DNA of 64,000 nt from Antedon mediterranea (Eukaryota; Animalia; Echinodermata): positions 20,159,045-20,223,044 of the forward strand of contig NC_092680.1 in the NCBI RefSeq assembly GCF_964355755.1, in the 5' to 3' direction. The notes below the pieces were generated by a model that was given only the letters and a program-made list of their open reading frames with translations, was not told where the DNA came from and made no database searches. The position numbers and the translations under genes were made by a program. Shown here in pieces: positions 51,801-61,159 of the stretch (position 1 is its first letter; every line of letters begins with the position of its first letter).

Positions 51801-52930
51801 TACACTGTTGGCTCAGAGCCGGCCTCGGGCTTGCTGAAAGCTAAAGTGTAATGGGGTCTAAGAATACACACTCACAGTATTCAGATATGTGGTTATAAAC
51901 CTGATGTGAAAATTATGCTTTTCTTGGTTAGTAGTTCTAAGTTAATCATAATGTAAATAGTTTAGAGATTCCAACCCATGGTGTTCAATAAGGAGATATC
52001 GATTTTGAAAGTGGGACATTCTGTTGAAAATGGGATAGTAAAGCTGTTGGTCCCGTGTACATATAGTGCATGTTGAAGAAGTTTGTTACACTATTAATCA
52101 AAGAGTATAGGATTGTATCTCCTGGAGTGCTAATCTGGTAGTAGGCACTGCGCTGCTGGATGCTGTGTGTCCATGGAGGGCCTATGCGATTTTCCTCAGT
52201 TTCCAGTTAAGCTTGAGGACCAGATTAAATACATTTAACATTTAAATAGTCACCACACAAGCCTCAGTGGGAAAGGGTAATAATAATTACAGTTAGCTCA
52301 CCACCATGTACTGTACCATGAAATAGTCATTTGTCATAAGGTCCAGGCCCTGATGGCTCATTTATGGGTGATATGTCATAGCCAGTACACTGCTAATAAT
52401 GATGTGCTTTTTAAATGTTAAAGTTTATATTCATTATATTCATTCAGAATCAACTCCTAATTTTGTTTTCTAAATTTTGTATTTTACTTTTTTGTTTTGT
52501 CATTGCATATTTTGAAGAAAAAAAAATTTTTTTTGGGATTGAATAATAGAACTGTAGTAAGACAAAACAGTCGAGCAAAATATTGAAAAGCTAGGAAATT
52601 TAGGGATTGAATGGAACGTTGGTAAGTTAAATGGGACAGTGGGAAAAAAAACACAAATTTGGAATCTAGGGAATTTGTTGTTGAGTTCGTGGAAAGTCTT
52701 TATGTTGGCCACGTTATTGCTTTCTGTTTCTATGTAATACAGGATCTATTCTTGAAACTAACATTTACATACTTTTTTTTCTGCTTAGTCAGCATGATAA
52801 TACATTAAGTAAAGTTTATATTCCTGCCGTTGATTGTAGCTGGCCTACATTCAAATTTTTTTATTTATACAATTTATAGTATGAAATGCTTGTTGTACCA
52901 CTAGGAACATAATGCTAAAATAAAGATAAT

Positions 52931-54929
52931 AGGAAGGTTTCGCAACCTTACGAATGAATAACGAATGATAACGAAAACGGATACGTGAAACTTTTGAGTT
53001 GATCCCCCATTTCATATTCGTAAAGCATATTCGTGTTGACGAATATCACCAGTCATATTCGTAACTACAAAACGAGTATAGTTTTTGATCTATTATGCAC
53101 ATTTTGCATTTGAATCAGGAATGATTCATGATTATAATATGTGACCCGATCTGGCAAAACCCTACTTTTGTCGGAAATATTCATTTTGTATTTTTTTATA
53201 TATTTGGATTATTTTAATCATAAGCTTTGTAGTGGTGTTAATTTCATAAAAATTGAGTAAATATTTAAAAAGTTATTACATTTTAAAAACTTACAAATCA
53301 TTCAATTAGTTTACGAGAAAATTGCGTTTGAAGTTTGCAATGAAATTCTTTTTGATACGCGCTGAAAACTCACTCCGTAGCAACGCGGTATTTTGGTCTA
53401 AGGCACAATGACGTCATACCAGGAAGTGTGTGCGATAATAGCAGCGTGCACATCATAGTCAATTTGACTGATTTTAGACCCCGTTTTAACCTATTTAGTC
53501 ACTCGAAGTAACTATTTTGCACCATTGAAAAGCAGCATTATAACGTCAAGCTTATTTTAACTGGTTTCGTAGGTGTTTACACTGGGCTGGCGTTAGTAGT
53601 AAACTAGCCCAGACAAGTTTGGCGCCTTGCAGAGTCACAACTTGCTAGCTACTAACATTGTATTGACGATTTAATACATTTATTTTTTTTATAACGTGGA
53701 ACATCGCTGTAATGTTTGGACTTGAATCCAATGATTAAAAAAAAACATTTAATATGAATGGACTGGACAATAAATTAAATAAATAATTAAGAGCCGATTG
53801 GATATATAAAATGTATAAAGAAAACTATTATTGACAATAAAGCTAGGCCCAGTAGTAGTAGGCCTACAACCATAATAAAATTAAGGCCTAGCCCAAAAAA
53901 ATATAGGAAATACAATTGAATTTATGACGTGAATTGTTTTTGACTTGTCTATGGAATAAACAAATACAGGCTACAGCTATTGCAGAACACGCCGAACACT
54001 TTACTTTGAATATTAAAATCGTTTTTATTCCAATTTACGACATGCTGTGTGTAAAATGAAAATAACCTCACAAAAATGTAAACAACTTTTTATTTCCGCG
54101 CGTAGAGCGTATAACATCTAGCGCGTTGACCAATAATGTTTGTTATTGCGATGATGCGCCATAGCAACACACGCAGTTCGCTGTTCTAGAAACTTCGAAG
54201 AACCGAATTTTCTGAAATTATGTCATAGTAAATCAAAGATTTCATTGGTTCCTTCTTTAAACTCCGCCCTAAAACTTCCATATTTGGAATTTCAAATGGA
54301 TGAGCTTTATTTTGATGTGTGACCTTTCAACATTGTGCAGCGAACTGGCGATCAAAATGTCGTCAAACTCGGCAACTTTCAACTGAATTTACGCACAATT
54401 TTAGCGGAGATCGTGAATAAATTGTTAGGCTTGAGGAAAATACATGTTTTTAAAACTTTCTTTTTTCATAATTTTAAATAAATTTCGGGAGTTTAAATCA
54501 GGTAGACGTATTCTTAAATAGTGAAATATTTCGAAAATGCAAAAACATGTAATCTGCCAGGGTAGTCGAATTGGACGTATTTTGACTGATTACGTGAATT
54601 TTGAATTGCCGACAAAGAGAGGGTTTTGCGAGATCGGGTCACATATAATTATAGATTTATTGAAAGTAATTCACTAAAATGCCAGGTCAATTTTGATAAA
54701 TAGCAGTTTTTAAAGTCCTCACTCGCTTTGATGTTACGCTAGGCCTAGGCAGCCAAGCACCAAGCAACACGTACCTGCGCTTCGCTCAAATTTACCGCAG
54801 TCATATTTTGGATGGCGCCCTTAATATTTCATTGCCATGCGAAACAGATTTTTACTGGGGTACGAAAACGAACATGTGTGCGTGACGTATCCGTTTTCAT
54901 TATCGTATTTGTAAGATTGCGAAACCTCT
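52931..54929. mobile_element. MITE family B, copy 2 (inverted), interrupted by a nested element
   Basis: Reverse complement of 19655-20156 on either side of 53141-54642. Confidence 0.85.
53141..54642. mobile_element. Non-autonomous Sola1-like element, ATAT TSD
   Basis: atat|GTGACCCGATCTGGCAAAACCC ... GGGTTTTGCGAGATCGGGTCAC|atat; the empty site is visible in MITE B copy 1. Confidence 0.72.
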
Positions 54930-55031
54930 AATTTTCGTTCAAATATAGTATGTGTGCGCTTTGTTAAAGTTGATCTTTAAATAATTTATTTTAAAAAAAC
55001 GCTTGTTTGCCTTTCAGTGACACATGGTAAA

Positions 55032-58000
55032 ATGTCATCATTAAAAAAGCAGTCTCCGAAGCGGTCACTACGATCAAATGTGACCAGTCCACAAAGGAGG
55101 CGTGTTTTAACAAAAGTAAGTATTTATTGAAATAAGTTTGCAGTACACCACATATATTACTGTAGTTCTGTTGAGTTTCTCGACGTTTCGATCAATATGC
55201 TTTGATCACGTCCTCAGGAGTGAGAAGTGAAACATTTTTAGCCATTTATTTGATTTTGTCTATAAATTCTGCTGGCACAATATTTAAAGTAATTTACACT
55301 ATTTTTTGGTTGGTTGGTTTTCGGTCTTGGGAATTAGTTAGTAAACTGTCCGATCTCAATATATTTTTGGAATGAACTAATCATGCATGCATGCCATCCT
55401 CATGCGTTGGCAATTGAGTTTGAACGTAGTGAGCCCTCTTTTGTTGGATAGGTTATTTCTGGACAAACTATTAATTTACCATTACTTAGAATCATAATAC
55501 TTATTAATCTATCTGCCATTTCTAAAGCTCTGTTTACACTATCAAACTAGTTTGATAAAAAAGTGCTCAAATGTAGTAGTGATATGCCCAAATAAGGTAG
55601 TGATATGCCCAAATAAGGTAGTGATATGCCCAAATGGTAGTGATATGCCCAAATATTTTAGTGATATGCCCAAATATTGTAGTGATATGCCCAAATATTG
55701 TAGTGATATGCCCAAATATTGTAGTGATATGATGTCCATTATGGGCGCATCACATTTTATTGTAACATAAAGTTTAATAGTGTAGACAGAGCTTTACCTT
55801 CAGTACTGTAACTAAAACCAGGGAGATGTAAAATAACAATCAAGTTGATGTTACATCTCCCGGCTATAACCTTTATATTGAAATCAAATATTTATGTAAA
55901 TGTCTCATGATTTTTACATATAAATTTTAAAGTTTAAATTTAAAGGATTAAAGGAATTACGTGTCAGAACATTGTTGTTTTTTTTTGGCATTCATAAAAA
56001 TAAAAAGCAGACAAAATCAAATTAACAAAGAGTGAAATTAAAATAGCTACATTAACATAGTGATAAGATAAGATAAGATAAGATAACTTTTATTGATCCT
56101 CAAAATAGAATTTCATTGCTCATCATAATAACAAAGAAAACACAATAAAAACAAATATAGCATAAAACCATTCATATAAAAACATCTAAAAAATTACAAG
56201 ATAAAATTCATAAAGAAACAATTGTATTAGTTGAGTATACAACAATTACAACAGAATAATGAAGGATTTTTTGTATGCTAAAATTCACCCATTTTGGCCC
56301 CCAATACTCCCTCTTTACAGGGATTGCGCACTCCTACCTGTAGCCTCCAATAATGTTAATTGAAAAAGTGAAAGTTTAACTATCTGATAGAAACTGCAAC
56401 TTAACTGTTGTTTGGTAAATAAAAAAGAGATATAAACATTTTTATATGATCATAATATCCTGTATATTTGCCACATCAATAAAAATGTTTATGCTGATTC
56501 TGACTACATTAAAACAGATTTTGACCGAATGCAGGGCTGTAGCCACCAGTATGGTTGGTAAGGTTTCAAACTGACCACTATTTCACAGAGGCCTTTGATA
56601 ACCCAGTGGCTTAAACAGAGATTGTTCCCTTTTCTTTCGAAAACCGGAACCACTTTATTTCTCGTGGCTACATAACTATATATATATGCGTACAATGCGT
56701 ATACCTTTGTCAACAGAAGACCCCAATAACTTTTGAACTTTCAGTAAAGGATGTTTATTTTGTGGTTGATTGTTAATTTGAACTAATGAAAATAATGTTT
56801 ATCGTACTTATAACTTTGGGTTTTTGTTTAGTTTAAATAAATGAGTTTGTTTCTAAAACATGCAGGTAGTATGGTTCTAGGTCTTGTAATTTATGCAAAA
56901 ACTGCAGGCCTAGCATTGTTGGTACTTTATAGAATTGACCTGACAGTGTCCCAAATCATTCTTAGTATCATGTGGTATTGTTCCAATGTTATTTTGCACA
57001 GGTGTCGCTTCATGGAATCTCTTTTGTTGTTTAGTTTCATTAGTGCATCAATACTAAAGTTAGATTGGAAGCATAAGTGGACTGTTCCATTGCGCTATAG
57101 GTGAATTTAGATAATAGCATTTATTATGAGGAAGTTTAATAAAGTTTGAAACCGAGTAATCTTGTTCTACTTTGCTTACTGTTGCTGGTACTATGTTTTA
57201 GTATCTAAGTTTTTTGAATAATACCAGTAAGTTTCCTATATTCTTGAATATCATTTCGGTATATAGTTACTGATTGACAAACAATCGTGAGTATATTGCA
57301 TGCATACAAATTGTATATTAATAATACTAAATTAAATTTGTTATTAAATTTTCTTTCATTCAAAAATACATGATAGTAAGCATGGTGTATTTTTGGAGTA
57401 CTTCAAAGTGCTTTTGTTTTCCTTCTCCTCTAACTAGTCAACCTCACAAGGTTAGAACTCTCTTTTTGTTGCCAAAAATATCTATTTATGCAAAATTATT
57501 TTGCGTATTTGACGATTGATAAACCATTGTGCTCAGCAGAAATCTACTAATTCCTTTTGTTTTATTAAAATGGTAATAACTACACACTCCATGGTAAACT
57601 ACTAAAGTCACCATTCTATTGTCTTGTAGTGTTGTTAATAGAATGACTTTAAATTTCAGATTTAAACACAATGTTTTATATGGTTAAAATGTGTTTTATT
57701 TATAATCCTTCTTGATAAGAAATAGAAAGTAACTTCATCATGTGATTAATAATGCGACTATTAAACTCTTATTCAATCGTTATTCTGTACAATGGAAATA
57801 GTGTTTTGTTTTTAGACACTTAACTAAATATACAGTCTCCATATAAATTTTAAATTGATAATTGATATGATGTTTCAGTCAGGGACCACCACAGTGTATA
57901 AAAGTTTGTGACATGACTATAAATACTTGTTTGGCTGTAATTGGCAATTTGGGGGTATTATGTGAAATTATTCTTTATGAATATTTGTAAAAACAAGGTG

Positions 58001-59517
58001 TGTAGTCAGGGTCACAGGAAAGGCTGTGGCAGGGTGCATTAGGAAATTTAAAAGTTCACACCTAACAGAAAAGTTCCTAAAATTAACAAAAGAGTTTAAA
58101 TATTTATTTTTTATTTCAGTATGTTTTATATTGCATATCAACAATTACAAAAGTTCCTTTTCAATGTGTTCGATACAGGAAGTTAGTTGTGTAAACTCTT
58201 CTAAAAGTTTATACAAATAAAACTTCCTCGTGAATTTTATATTTGTTAACCAACAGTTTATTGTTATTATCAAACTTCGTTAGTAGTAGCTATACTTAGT
58301 CTATTTCGATACACGTGAAATTAATTTTAAAAAGTTTTATTTCATCAAGGCATGATTATCGAGGAAGAGTCTATTTTCTTTAAAAACATTTTTTTGTGGC
58401 TTCTACATTTTGTTTATCTTGGTTAATCATTAAAATAAAGTTCAAGATGTTTTATTGTTTCCTGATAAAACAAAACAGTAACTAATTCTAAGTTCTGTTA
58501 AAGATTTCTGTAGTGCTTAGTATTCATTGATAAAATGATTCCTCCAGATAAAATTCTTCTTTATACATTGACATCGTCAGGTAAAAGTATTATAGATATA
58601 GTATTATATATAAATACAAAGACAAAATACTGAAAAAATGACAACGATGTGGTTATCAAAACGAGAAAGTAAAACAGCCAGAAAAGTTAGCAGAGTTTCA
58701 GGCAAAACCAGCCCTTCATCAGTGGAAGTTATTATATAGAATATATGGGTTAATATGAAAAGGATAAAAATTGAATTACGCCCTCAAACAGCATCAACAA
58801 TGATCACCGAGTGATGGTCCCCTGTTCTTTCAGAGTAGTATACCGTAGGACCACACTTCTCGCAAAATTATACAAAGTTGTGGCATATCATAATAATAAA
58901 ATAATATATTTTATTTTACTATCACATAGCATTGAATCTGAATACAATCTGTTCATTGGTGTAAAATATTAAATTTTAATAAAATACAACAATAGAATAC
59001 TTGGTTTTCTGTTAAACATCACTTGGAAACCCCAAGTTTGATAAAATACAAACAAAAACCCTTATGAAAGGTGTTCCTGTTTAGATATAAGCTGCAAAAA
59101 GAAAGTCTGTTTAATAACTTTATTTTCTTTCACATTCAATAACAATGTGTGATTGTAATTATGAGATCAGAAAAGGATAAGAATTAAAATACTTCAGTTT
59201 TAGTTCCTTTTTGTGCTTATGAATGTTTAAACTATGTAAAAATTTTTATTAGATTATTTATACAGTATTCGCACTCCCTTTTCATGTTCTTTCCCTACCC
59301 ACCTATGCGTACTACTGTCGTAGCATATTGAAATATAATTTGTAGAAAAAAATAAACATATTGAAAAATCATTAATTTTATTTTTTGTAGAATATTGAAC
59401 CAAGTGAAGGCAGATCACTTAGATTTGCAAGAAATTCACCCAAGAACTCGCCAAGAAATTCACCCAAGAACTCTCCTCGTAGGGAGTCACCGGTCCAGAA
59501 ACCAAACCAGGACTCAG
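55032..59517 (+). CDS. Unidentified gene, first two putative coding exons (55032-55115, 59391-59517); continues beyond what can be traced here
   Basis: Clean acceptor/donor sites and a phase-0 join: MSSLKKQSPKRSLRSNVTSPQRRRVLTK|NIEPSEGRSLRFARNSPKNSPRNSPKNSPRRESPVQKPNQDS. Confidence 0.55.
55176..55227 (-). ncRNA. Minimal type I hammerhead ribozyme (Penelope-like)
   Basis: - strand: ttctcactc-CTGAGGA-cgt-gatcaa-agcata-ttgatc-GAAAC-GTC-gagaa. Confidence 0.6.
55526..55793. mobile_element. MITE family A, copy 6, with an expanded 21-bp internal minisatellite (about 8 units)
   Basis: taa|agctctgtttacactatcaaact ... tagtgtagacagagct|tta. Confidence 0.85.
55819..55863. mobile_element. Probable P-element excision footprint with filler DNA
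   Basis: ctaaaac|CAGGGAGATGTAA-19 nt-TTACATCTCCCGG|ctataac. Confidence 0.6.
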
Positions 59518-59979
59518 GTATGTAATAAATATATTTTTCTTATTTCATTTTATATATTGTTGTAATTGTATGGGAAATTAATTCATTTATTTTGATTACT
59601 TTTTGTCTTCACTTGATGTTGGTTATGATATTTCCAATTGCTGTACCACTTTGAAAATCAATGCACTAGGCCTAGTACTGAAAGGGCCTGCAGAATAAAG
59701 AAAGATTAAATCAATCAATCGATTACAATATATACAGTATTCATTACGCCAGTTTATGGAAGTATAAAATATATAATGAAATATGTTGCAAACACAGCCA
59801 AAATATGGCTTCTATAGATTTATTATTATTATTATTTATATGATAAAACATAATTATAGAGTTTTCTGAAGTAGGCCTTCCAAGAAACAGCACTTAGATG
59901 CAATTTTTATTTTATTTTTGGCTGGATCTTTCCGAAACTGTGAAAAATAATGGTATAAATCTGATTTGGCTTATTATAC

Positions 59980-60007
59980 CATGGAGAAATCAACTGATTT
60001 CTCCATG
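59980..60007. mobile_element. Probable P-element excision footprint (second family)
   Basis: attatac|CATGGAGAAATCA-AC-TGATTTCTCCATG|attatac. Confidence 0.7.
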
Positions 60008-61159
60008 ATTATACTAAAGTTCAAAACATTCTGTTTGCTGCCCTCTTTGTTTGCATTATTCATTTTCCAGGTTAGGTAATTTAGTTGTTGGCCACAATTA
60101 CTGTTGTAGTATTCTGGTTGTAGAATGCACAAGTAAATAGGGTTTAATTTTAGAAGGCAACTCTTGTTTTATTTTAATGAATTAACCAACTAAAATTATT
60201 CACTGCTTATAATTACAATACAATGGTTTTAAGTTTTAACATGGATTTTATCTCTATATTAATTTTTCATTTGTATCCAACAGTGAGATTTAACTACTTC
60301 TGATTAAAAATATTAAACACAAATATTCTTTTTTTTGAAAGTTTGTTGTTTGAAGGTGTTTGAAAAAGTAGGGCACTATTTGCTGAGTAGAGTAGCTAAT
60401 AACTATTTTGTCCAATTCGCTCAACGCTCGAAAATTGTAAAAATATACTTGATCATGCAATGCCATTTCAACCAATCACTAGACAGAAATGTTTTAGCTA
60501 AACTAACTACATAAAATGGTAAATGTAAAATTTTTAAAAATTACACTTATCTTTTACAAAAACATTTGTAACTAGTTTTTACTGAAGAATATTGAAGATG
60601 AAAAACATTGTTTCATGTAATATTTTTTAAAAACTTGTTTTTGTTGTGTTTTTTTACTTTACTAAAATATATATACGTATTTCACTACGAATTTAAAATA
60701 GTATTCTTTTATATTTATTTAAACCCTTAGATGTTCATAATATATTAAAAATTAATTTTTCCTGAAACTGCAGTTTTAGTAACCTCACCTATTTCTGTTT
60801 TGGTCATGAGATTACTAGTTTGTATAAGTTAAAGGCTTTTGTATCTTATGCTATCAAGGTTTAACTTAGATCAAACAATAATATTAACTTTTTTTATATC
60901 AGCTGGTGGATAGTTTTCATGATAAAAAGAAATGCATGTTTAGTTCAGCTCATGTTGAACGTAAACACACTGCAAGTATTTGACCAATCACTGCACAATG
61001 GATGGTCATCCCAACTGTCCACTCAATTGCGTTGCCCATCGTTGTATTGCATGCAAGTGGGAACCAAGGTTTAGGGTGCTAAAATAAAATATAATTTAAA
61101 TAAAATAGTTGCAGATAGGAAATACAGTATGGACAAGATGTAAATTCGTAGCTTATCTT

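Noticed and set aside
56060-57110. Decayed LINE-like region after a (GATAA)n microsatellite, including ORFs 56504-56713 and 56841-57104
   Set aside because: No recognisable RT or endonuclease motif could be read.
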